The translations under genes and the position numbers were made by a program. Below, in pieces: positions 14,779 through 22,907 of a DNA stretch of 26,824 bases. Every line of letters starts with the position of its first letter. Positions within the stretch are counted from its first letter, which is position 1. The stretch covers positions 1-26,824 of the forward strand of contig JBBSVW010000002.1 of the NCBI GenBank assembly GCA_038046605.1, in the 5' to 3' direction. Source of the DNA: Candidatus Micrarchaeota archaeon. Its GTDB lineage: Archaea > Micrarchaeota > Micrarchaeia > Norongarragalinales > SBBD01. The notes beneath the pieces are model-generated. The model was given only the letters and a program-made list of their open reading frames with translations, was not told the origin of the DNA and did not search any database.

Positions 14779-17754
14779 ATGAACGAAACGAAAATCATGC
14801 TAGGGCTTTTACTGTTGCTTGCAGCATTAGCGCCCTTTGTTGCTGCTGCTGAAAGTTCGGATGGCAGCAAAACGGGAATAACCGAACCCGTCGGCTTACC
14901 AAACCCATTTACATACCACAATTTCAATCTAGAGAAGGGCTGGAACCTCATATCCATGCCTATTCATTATCCTGTTGATAATTTTGGCTATGTGGAAATC
15001 CAAGGCACAAATTGCGCAAAAAAATCATTTTACTACTATGAGCCCTCAACACGCAATTATATTGCGGATGCAACGCTTGCAAAAGGCGAAAAGGTCATGT
15101 CCGGCAGGGGCTATTGGATAAAGGCGGATTTCAAATGCAGTTTCCAGGTGCTTGGAAGGGAAGCTGTTGATGCAGCAGATTTTAATGGCTATTTCCAGGC
15201 GGGCTGGAATCAGGTTGGCGCTCCTTTCAGGGCGCTTAGGTTTAGCAGCATTGCGGGCAATTGCAAAGTGGTTAGCGGCCCATATTATTTCAACACTAAT
15301 GCATACAAATGGGAAAAAAGCGATTTTTTAGAAAGCTCAAAGGGCTATTTTATCAAGGTGGCAGAGTATTGCCAGATTGGAAACCAGCCTCCAAGGCCGC
15401 CTGAAGTAACGCCAATCCCAACATCCACAGTTAGCCCGGGAAATGTTGTCGAAATCGAGGAATTCACCGATTTCCAGTGCCCATTCTGCCAGCGCTCGCA
15501 AGAAACCCTAACACGGATTGAAAAGGAATATGGCAGCAATGTCAAAATCATAACCAAGAACTTCCCATTAAGCCAGATTCATCCCTTCGCGTGGAAAGCA
15601 GCGGAAGCATATGAATGCGTAGGCAAATACGGAGGGGAAGGGGCTGCCAAAAAATACAAAGCAACTCTGTTTAGCAACCAAGAATTCTTGGATGTGCCAA
15701 ACCTCAAGAAATATGCCTACAACATGGGCATAGATAAAACATCATTCGACAAGTGCCTTGATAGCGACATGATGAAAGGCTCGGTGCAGGCAGATTACGA
15801 TGAGGGAGTCAAGAGGGGCGTTACGGGCACACCCACATTCTTCATCATGAGGGATAAGGTGGTCGTAGGCGCGCAGCCATTTGCGGTATTCAAGGAAATA
15901 CTTGATTACTACCTTGCTGTTGCCACATTCCAGCCGACACTGAAGCCGGAAAACTATGTGGATTTGGGCGTTGCGGATATTGAGGTATTGCCCAACTATC
16001 CAAAAGCCGGCGAGAGCTTCACAGCATATGCAACTGTAAGGAATTACGGGACTGCCGGCGGCTACATAGACAGCCACCAGATCTCATTCGAAACCGGCTC
16101 TGGTAAAATAGCTGCCTCGGAAAGCCCGGGCATTGCAGTGACAAGCGCGTACATAGCGCCAGGCGGGTATTACAAATTGAAGTTCACGCAGACGTTATAC
16201 GATGTTGCCACCTATCAGGTGAAGGTAAGCGTCAAGAATAAGAATGATTACAACACCGCAAACAATGAATATTCCGAGTACTTCACGGTAGGCGGGGCAA
16301 CGCCCACAGCAACAAGCGTCCCACTGCTGCCAGATCTTACATTAAGCGTTCCATCGCCCTTTACGCCAACTGCAAACACATATGTTAAGCTACCATTTGA
16401 TGTGATCAACAAGGGAGCAGCTAAATCGCCCTATACTACGGTCTCGGTAATCGGCGTAGGCCCAGTCCAGACAATATCAATACCGCCAATTGAACCCGGG
16501 CAGTCATATTCAACAAGCGTTACCTCATGGGTTCCGGATATCACATTCGCCTTGACTTTCAGGGCGGACATGTACAATTACGTCCATGAGAGCAATGAGG
16601 CAAACAACGAATATGTTTTGAAGATGACGCCCAATGTTCCAACACCCACTCCAATACCAACTGCAACAACCATGCCCACTTGCACCTATTATGGCGATGG
16701 GACATTCAGCGCGGTTGCAGCCGGATGCACGATCATAACCAATGAGGATTTCTATGTAAAGCTCGTTGACACGGCTTACGCCCCGGCAAGGGCACAATTT
16801 GATATCTCAACCAAATACGGATTTCTCCTGAAGAGGGTATATCTTTTAGTTGGCGAAAGCTCAATAATCAGCGAAGCGAACAATTTGCAGCTTTCGGTTT
16901 ATTCCATAGTTGACGAAAAAATTTACCCGGTAAGGACAATAGTTCAGGTAAATGTCAAATCCGGCGCGACGCCAACACCCACCGTTGCCCCAACAGCAAC
17001 AGCCGTTCCTGCAAAACCGGACCTTGCGTTGATAACTACGGGCACGTCTGAAAACAGGGTAGGAAAAATTGCCGATATTCCTTTAGTGGTCACGAATTTT
17101 GGCAACGCGGTCTCTCCAGCTACAACGGTCAAATTCACAGGCCATATGTCCGGCTCAAGGACAGTTCCCTCTTTAGCTCCGGGGGCAAGCCACCAAATAA
17201 TTATTTCAGTGGTTGTTGTTGACCAAGCATCAATGCAATTTACCTGGAAGGTGGATCCAGACAACCTGATTGCCGAATCCAGCGAAGGCAATAACGAGCT
17301 ATCATACGCAATTTTGCCAATTTTAGCCTCGTTTATCCCGCTGGAATATGACCTGGTTATACGGCCCGACCATTCCGCATCACCTACGGAAATCCGGCTC
17401 TTCAACCCAGATGACAGATGGAGGTTCAAGGGCGGGCAATACGGGGATTTTGTATCAATTACAGGCATGGAGGACTCGACAAATTACGACAAGGACTTCA
17501 ACGACCTTGCCTTTGATTATACAAGATCCGGGAATACAATAAAAATCAAAATCACGGGCTGCAACTCAGCTGCAAAGAATAAAATCTGGGTGAAAATGAA
17601 GCCGAATGAGGGCTATAAGCGCCTTTCAATTGAGGAGACCGGCTGGTTTTCAGAAGGCGACCAGGGCAATTCAGTTGTCGAACTGTTCAGCCAGTGCCAG
17701 GGAAACGTAGGCGTCACTAGGACGCTTGTGATCGATACGCCGCTGGCAGCTTGA
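14779..17754 (+). CDS. Large secreted modular surface protein B: signal peptide, module X, DsbA/thioredoxin-like domain, three CARDB-like domains, module Y, C-terminal DUF4114-like domain
   Basis: EFTDFQCPFC, FPLSQIHP.A.KAAEA and GVTGTPTF (DsbA); CARDB motifs; GMEDSTNYDKDFNDLAF. Start is ATG 14779 or 14773. Confidence 0.82.
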   Translation: MNETKIMLGLLLLLAALAPFVAAAESSDGSKTGITEPVGLPNPFTYHNFNLEKGWNLISMPIHYPVDNFGYVEIQGTNCAKKSFYYYEPSTRNYIADATLAKGEKVMSGRGYWIKADFKCSFQVLGREAVDAADFNGYFQAGWNQVGAPFRALRFSSIAGNCKVVSGPYYFNTNAYKWEKSDFLESSKGYFIKVAEYCQIGNQPPRPPEVTPIPTSTVSPGNVVEIEEFTDFQCPFCQRSQETLTRIEKEYGSNVKIITKNFPLSQIHPFAWKAAEAYECVGKYGGEGAAKKYKATLFSNQEFLDVPNLKKYAYNMGIDKTSFDKCLDSDMMKGSVQADYDEGVKRGVTGTPTFFIMRDKVVVGAQPFAVFKEILDYYLAVATFQPTLKPENYVDLGVADIEVLPNYPKAGESFTAYATVRNYGTAGGYIDSHQISFETGSGKIAASESPGIAVTSAYIAPGGYYKLKFTQTLYDVATYQVKVSVKNKNDYNTANNEYSEYFTVGGATPTATSVPLLPDLTLSVPSPFTPTANTYVKLPFDVINKGAAKSPYTTVSVIGVGPVQTISIPPIEPGQSYSTSVTSWVPDITFALTFRADMYNYVHESNEANNEYVLKMTPNVPTPTPIPTATTMPTCTYYGDGTFSAVAAGCTIITNEDFYVKLVDTAYAPARAQFDISTKYGFLLKRVYLLVGESSIISEANNLQLSVYSIVDEKIYPVRTIVQVNVKSGATPTPTVAPTATAVPAKPDLALITTGTSENRVGKIADIPLVVTNFGNAVSPATTVKFTGHMSGSRTVPSLAPGASHQIIISVVVVDQASMQFTWKVDPDNLIAESSEGNNELSYAILPILASFIPLEYDLVIRPDHSASPTEIRLFNPDDRWRFKGGQYGDFVSITGMEDSTNYDKDFNDLAFDYTRSGNTIKIKITGCNSAAKNKIWVKMKPNEGYKRLSIEETGWFSEGDQGNSVVELFSQCQGNVGVTRTLVIDTPLAA

Positions 17755-17833
17755 TTTGGCAAAGGAAGGTTAGGAATGAAGCCGGTATAAGGGTTTGACC
17801 CATTTCAAGCCCATCCGCGCATTGGTGAGAGAC

Positions 17834-19747
17834 ATGAACGAAACAAAAATAATGCTAGGAATTTTGCTGTTGCTTTTGGCAATGGTATTTGCAGCCGATC
17901 CAGTTGTGACCGGAAGCGGAGGAGGATCTAGTTTAGGTGCCGTTCCAACCTATAAGGTATATTCCGGAGGGGGATCATATGCTCTTGGAATTGGCGAAAG
18001 CGTAAATACTGGAAATGGCTACCTAATAAAATTGACAGGGATGAGCTCGATTTGGGATTCGGCGCTCTATGCCGTATTCGATGTTTATGAGGCGGGGACA
18101 TACAACACTGAACGCTCAAAGGTCAGCTATGGCGATACGCTGGTGCTGGCTGATGGCAAAATCAAGCTGAAACTCGAAGGCGTTAGCGTATCATCCGATA
18201 TTTCAAAGGCAAAAGTTACGCTTAGGCTTGAGGAGGCAACTTCTGGGAGCGGAATTGGTGGCGGCTCAAGTGGCTCATCTTCAGGCTCATGGGCAATAGG
18301 TGGAGGCGGCACCCCAACATCCACAGCTTCAGGAGGATCTGGCAGCGGGAGTTCGGGAAACAGCGTGCCAACCTCAACTGGTTCTGGAAGCGGATATGGG
18401 AGCGCTTCAACCAAGCCATCCTCAGGCGGAGGAACAGGATCTGGGCAAACAAACCCATCATCTGGTTCATCCGGAGGGGCAGGAGGAATAGCAATTGCAA
18501 TTAGGCCAATCATGGTCACTGTCGAGCCGGGAGAATTGCCCCCATCCCCTCCAAGCGAGGATTTACCAATTGAGGGGGCAAAATACACAATTGATTTGAG
18601 GTCTGGATGGAACCTGATTTCTTTCCCGTACTTTTATCAATACGATTACCAGTGCAGGGGTGAGATTTGCCCCGCGCAGGCGGAGGAAGGGGTCGAAATG
18701 CCGCTCCTCTACAGGCCGCCGGCATTGAAAATTATCGAGAACACTTGCGATTCCTCAACACTTTGGCACTACAACGGCTACTCGAAGGCATACGATAAGT
18801 ACGAAATGGATTCATTTGCGCCAGTTTCAGAATTGAATGGCTTTTGGATGAAAGCGGGAAGCAATTGCAGGATCACAATTGCGGGAAATAACGAGCTCAA
18901 TTGGCAGGGGATGGAACTTGTAGCCGGCTGGAACCACCTTGGAGGCCCATCAAAAAATACGCTTTTTGAAAAGATGAAAGGCTCATGCGATGTATCGTCC
19001 GGACCTTGGAAATACAATGCGGCTGCTAACAAGTATGAAAAAGTGGAGGTGCTAAAGCCCGGCGAGGGGTATTTTGTCAAGGTGTCTGGAAATTGCAACC
19101 TTGGGGCATATACTGATGATGATTTCCCGCCATTGCCGGATGACGAAACTATAGTTACACCAGCTCCTACATCAACATGGGTGCCAACATACATTCCAAC
19201 ATCAACGCCAAAGGTATATCCCGTAAGGCCAACCAAAATACTTAATAAGGAAACCATAGTGCTCTCAAAGGGGGAGACGAAAACTGTTTTTGGAACGGCA
19301 ATTACTCTTGAGGAGATTGGAAGCGGTTGGGTGCAAATAAAGCCGGTCCTTGGGAACGTGCGCACTAACGATAATCCAGGGATGAAGCCAGAGGGCATAC
19401 CATGGGTTTATTCCGGAAATTCCGTGAAAATCAATTTGAATGAGGAGGCCGCCCTGGTTGAGCTGTACGATATCTTCAAGCCAACCCAGATTAGCGATAA
19501 CCAGGCGACAATAGATGTTTATTTCAAGGCAAGCTCGGTTGCAAAAATAGTTTTGCATCGGACGATGCGCAAATGCTCGGATGGATCGCCCATACTTGAT
19601 GAATACGGAAGGGCTGAGCAGATGTTCACAGTTGGCGATAGCTCTGGATATTGGAATTACGATTGCGGCAGCAGGAACCAGGAGCAGTGCATTGAGGATG
19701 GCTCCTTTGACCAGTATTATGATGAGTGGTGCGAATCAGTAAATTAA
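17834..19747 (+). CDS. Secreted modular surface protein C: signal peptide, Y-like module, Gly/Ser linker, module X, beta-domain, module Z
   Basis: Shine-Dalgarno GGTGAG at 17824-17829; signal peptide MNETKIMLGILLLLL; GWNL/GWNH module; LHRTMRKC...YYDEWCE module shared with protein A. Confidence 0.8.
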   Translation: MNETKIMLGILLLLLAMVFAADPVVTGSGGGSSLGAVPTYKVYSGGGSYALGIGESVNTGNGYLIKLTGMSSIWDSALYAVFDVYEAGTYNTERSKVSYGDTLVLADGKIKLKLEGVSVSSDISKAKVTLRLEEATSGSGIGGGSSGSSSGSWAIGGGGTPTSTASGGSGSGSSGNSVPTSTGSGSGYGSASTKPSSGGGTGSGQTNPSSGSSGGAGGIAIAIRPIMVTVEPGELPPSPPSEDLPIEGAKYTIDLRSGWNLISFPYFYQYDYQCRGEICPAQAEEGVEMPLLYRPPALKIIENTCDSSTLWHYNGYSKAYDKYEMDSFAPVSELNGFWMKAGSNCRITIAGNNELNWQGMELVAGWNHLGGPSKNTLFEKMKGSCDVSSGPWKYNAAANKYEKVEVLKPGEGYFVKVSGNCNLGAYTDDDFPPLPDDETIVTPAPTSTWVPTYIPTSTPKVYPVRPTKILNKETIVLSKGETKTVFGTAITLEEIGSGWVQIKPVLGNVRTNDNPGMKPEGIPWVYSGNSVKINLNEEAALVELYDIFKPTQISDNQATIDVYFKASSVAKIVLHRTMRKCSDGSPILDEYGRAEQMFTVGDSSGYWNYDCGSRNQEQCIEDGSFDQYYDEWCESVN

Positions 19748-19821
19748 TTAAGCGAGGAATGGTTTTGTTAGTTGAGCGTTGAAGAAAAAAAGTAAAATGC
19801 ATTTTGAAAGTGAAATAACCT

Positions 19822-20289
19822 ATGAAAGCATTGTTCCTAGCCGTTTTCGCAATTCTTCTTTTAGGATGCACGCAGCCAAACCCTCCGGGCGTATGCACTT
19901 TGGATGCAATGATCTGCCCAGATGGGAGCGCTGTTGGCAGGGTTGCGCCTTCATGCGAATTTGCGCCTTGCCCAAGCGCATCCCCTACAATTGCGCCAAC
20001 TGATGTTCCAGATGACATACCTCCCCTACCGGATGGGGACACATTTTCGGAGTGCAAAGTTGATAGCGATTGCGCTATTGGTGGGTGCAATAGCGAAATT
20101 TGCACAACTCCCCAAAAGGCTAAGGACGTTGCTTCAATTTGCGTTTACAAGCCCGAATTTGCCTGCTACAAGCAGATAGGCTGCGGCTGCATCTCTGGGG
20201 TTTGCGCCTGGGAGGAAACGCCGGAGTTCAGATTGTGCGTTCAGGGAGCAAAGCAGGGAGGAAGCGATTTGCCGCCGTTACCCCAATAA
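19822..20289 (+). CDS. Cys-rich lipoprotein-like protein D: 4-Cys CTxDAxxCPDG module plus eight-cysteine-cluster-like domain
   Basis: Lipobox-like LLLG-C; CTLDAMICPDGSAVGRVAPSCEFAPCP; C..DSDC..GGC..EIC...C...PE..C...C.C..G.C.W; PPLP motif twice. Confidence 0.8.
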   Translation: MKALFLAVFAILLLGCTQPNPPGVCTLDAMICPDGSAVGRVAPSCEFAPCPSASPTIAPTDVPDDIPPLPDGDTFSECKVDSDCAIGGCNSEICTTPQKAKDVASICVYKPEFACYKQIGCGCISGVCAWEETPEFRLCVQGAKQGGSDLPPLPQ

Positions 20290-20374
20290 AAAAAAGCATA
20301 TGGGAGAATGTACCAACTAGCGTTTTTGAGTCCCCAATAATCTAAGGCATATTCATCCAAATTAATCTGCGCAC

Positions 20375-21481
20375 TTATTTTTTCGAAACCTGCTTTTCAA
20401 TCAGCAAAAATATCTCCCTCTCAATTGCCGGGATTGCGCTTGCATTCGCCTGGAGGGCTGCAGCCGGGGCGTGGCCCCCGCCGTTTAGGATTTCAGCGCC
20501 GAAAATAGTTTTGAGTTCTGTTATGAGTTTGTTAGCATCAAAGCCCATCGCAAGAATTGGCTTGTTGGCGCGGAAGGAGATCGAATCGTCAACCTCCCCT
20601 AAACATACCAGTGCTTTTCCGCCGAGTTCACGTTCCTTTTTGGCAATTATCTCATTCATGATTTTGCCCCTGGGTGGGTATTCCCCTTTCTTGAGGAATT
20701 TGGAAACCTTTGAGATGGCAACAGCGTACGCGCCAAAGTCCTTCACTTCCGTGTAATTGTCCGCAAGCTTCATTGCATTTTCCATCTTCTCCTTTGCCTG
20801 CATATAGGCTTCAGCCATCATCTCTGTGTTCCTTAGGGTCTTATCATAGAATTGAAGCGAAAGCTCCTCAAAATTGGCAAGGTAATCAATTGCTATTGCC
20901 TCCTTGAACTCCTTATCCTTCAAAGCGAATGCGGATTTGTCCGCCTGCATGGAAAAATATGCCAAATTTACATTGGAGGTGTGTTCATCCATCAATTTGG
21001 CAAGCTCATAGCAGATAAGGCCGGGAGTATGGGAGGAATCCCCACCGGCAAGCAGGGGAGTGATGAAGAATTTGGCGATCTTTTCAACACGCGCATCATG
21101 AGGGTGGTGGTCAATTACTATAACCTCCATTCCTGCAGATTTGAGCATTTTGAGGGAGGCAACACTTTCGGGGTTTGAGCCATGGTCGAGAATTAGCATT
21201 ATAGTGTTCCGGGGTTCGGGAAAGCGGTTCATGTCATAGAGCGCATCTTCCATCTTGTAAACGGCAGAAGCTGAAGGTATGGAAACGATGAGGGGCTCAT
21301 TGGCTATTGCCTTTAGGGCACGGTAAACGGATAAACCGGAAGTTATCCCATCACAATCGTTATGGTAGCGGATCCCGAATGTTTTGCCGGAATTTGCGGC
21401 GCTAGTTAAGTGTTCCGATAACGCTTCCAATTTGGGCTTGAGTTGCCGCATGCATTCATCGTCTACGAGAAGATTTTCCAT
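20375..21481 (-). CDS. DHH/DHHA1 family phosphoesterase (archaeal RecJ-like nuclease)
   Basis: YHNDCDG, ILDHGS, VIDHHP and C-terminal SISFR...GGGH motifs. Confidence 0.88.
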   Translation of the reverse strand: MENLLVDDECMRQLKPKLEALSEHLTSAANSGKTFGIRYHNDCDGITSGLSVYRALKAIANEPLIVSIPSASAVYKMEDALYDMNRFPEPRNTIMLILDHGSNPESVASLKMLKSAGMEVIVIDHHPHDARVEKIAKFFITPLLAGGDSSHTPGLICYELAKLMDEHTSNVNLAYFSMQADKSAFALKDKEFKEAIAIDYLANFEELSLQFYDKTLRNTEMMAEAYMQAKEKMENAMKLADNYTEVKDFGAYAVAISKVSKFLKKGEYPPRGKIMNEIIAKKERELGGKALVCLGEVDDSISFRANKPILAMGFDANKLITELKTIFGAEILNGGGHAPAAALQANASAIPAIEREIFLLIEKQVSKK

Positions 21482-21605
21482 AAAAGGCGCCTTTTTATAT
21501 GATGCAAAAAACCATCGGCTTTTTATTACTTGATTTTGACAATTAAGAAGCTAGTTATATCGGGTAATCTTTATAACCAGTTTCGTTTTTGACTTAGGTG
21601 TTTGT

Positions 21606-21863
21606 ATGAAAGCAATTGTCAGCAATTACAGGAGGAGCAGGCATGCAACCAATGGGAACCAGATGATCCTTATTGCAGATGGGATAAAGACCAAGGCGGA
21701 TGCCGAAAAGCTAAAGGGCAAAGAGGTAGTTTTCACAACCGAAAGCAAGAAGCTCATAAAAGGAACAGTCAAGGCCGCGCACGGAAACAAGGGCGCATTC
21801 AGGGCGCTTTTCTCAAGGGGGCTTCCGGGGCAGGCAATTGGGACGAAAGTTGACGTCAATTAG
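21606..21863 (+). CDS. rpl35ae: 50S ribosomal protein L35Ae (eL33)
   Basis: NYRRSRH...NQMIL, HGNKG.FRA.F..GLPGQAIG; 85 aa; Shine-Dalgarno AGGTG upstream. Confidence 0.96.
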   Translation: MKAIVSNYRRSRHATNGNQMILIADGIKTKADAEKLKGKEVVFTTESKKLIKGTVKAAHGNKGAFRALFSRGLPGQAIGTKVDVN

Positions 21864-21906
21864 GCAACCAATTACGCTTTTAACCCATTTCCAACACTAA
21901 TTATCA

Positions 21907-22890
21907 ATGGATAAATTCACCCTTAGCAAGAACGAATACCTTGCAAATGGGGCTTATTACGCCATACTTGCCTTCGCCGCACTTGCAACTTATATTTCGG
22001 ATAAACGAATCCCGCTATGGGTCAGCGCGCCGATTGTATTCGATCTGGTGCTAGGGCTGCTTTTCATACTACTGGGGTTCACCATATTAAAGATATCAAG
22101 GGCAAATCCGGCATTTTATCCCAAGGATTTTTCCGAAAATATACAAGGAGCAATCTTCGTTTACGGCTTCATTTTGGGAATAATTGCCCTATTGACTTCA
22201 TGGCAGGAATTCCTCAAGCTTTTTTCATTCGAATATGCGCTATTTTTTGCTTTTGCTCTGGGAAAAATCCTATATGTGAATTATCCCCCGGTATTTTCAG
22301 ATTGGACCGATTTCAGGCTGATTTTCCTGAATAAAATATATGAAAACCAAATCCGCTGGAGCACTATCCCGATTTTCGGGCTCATTGGCGCTGCGTTTTT
22401 CATTGTTTCAATTACTACGATCCCAGCCCTCGTTTTCAATTCCCCCTCGGGGGACTTACTGTCGTTTTCAATCATCAATGTGCCAAAAGACGATATAAGC
22501 ATTTCCTCCCTGACTTGGATCGTAGTTGCAATGGCCTTCGCCCTGATAGGAAGGCACCTTAAAAATGGGAAAGCAGCGCTCTTTTTGATATTGGCCGAAT
22601 TTGGCATTATTTTGGCATCATACCCCATTAATGCCTCGCCATTATTAGTTTTCATTGCATTCATTGTTGGGTCGATTGCCTGGATAGGGGGAGAAAAATT
22701 CAGATTTGGCACCCTAAATACAGGGATTTTGATAACATTATTTCTTGGTAGCATTTTGTTGCCAATGTACATTAGGGAATTCGGGGCGGGATTTGTTTTC
22801 CTCTTCACTTATCTATTTTATACGCTAATCTACTGGTACGGATACAAATCAGCAGCAAATGAAAAAGCAGTAATGGAGGCAGACAATTAG
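21907..22890 (+). CDS. Hypothetical multi-pass membrane protein
   Basis: 327 aa with roughly ten hydrophobic segments and no recognised motif. Confidence 0.7.
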   Translation: MDKFTLSKNEYLANGAYYAILAFAALATYISDKRIPLWVSAPIVFDLVLGLLFILLGFTILKISRANPAFYPKDFSENIQGAIFVYGFILGIIALLTSWQEFLKLFSFEYALFFAFALGKILYVNYPPVFSDWTDFRLIFLNKIYENQIRWSTIPIFGLIGAAFFIVSITTIPALVFNSPSGDLLSFSIINVPKDDISISSLTWIVVAMAFALIGRHLKNGKAALFLILAEFGIILASYPINASPLLVFIAFIVGSIAWIGGEKFRFGTLNTGILITLFLGSILLPMYIREFGAGFVFLFTYLFYTLIYWYGYKSAANEKAVMEADN

Positions 22891-22907
22891 GAAAAACAAG
22901 GGAGCAG

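Noticed and set aside
18240-18485. Gly/Ser-rich repetitive DNA as a tandem repeat or CRISPR array
   Set aside because: In-frame low-complexity linker with varied codons. No fixed repeat-spacer periodicity was seen anywhere in the window.
12026-19747. Diversity-generating retroelement acting on the surface proteins
   Set aside because: No reverse transcriptase in the window and no near-identical repeat pair differing only at adenines; the paralogous modules differ broadly.
21907-22890. Archaeosortase for the PEF-CTERM-like protein
   Set aside because: The protein contains no Cys, so it lacks the catalytic Cys of exosortases/archaeosortases.
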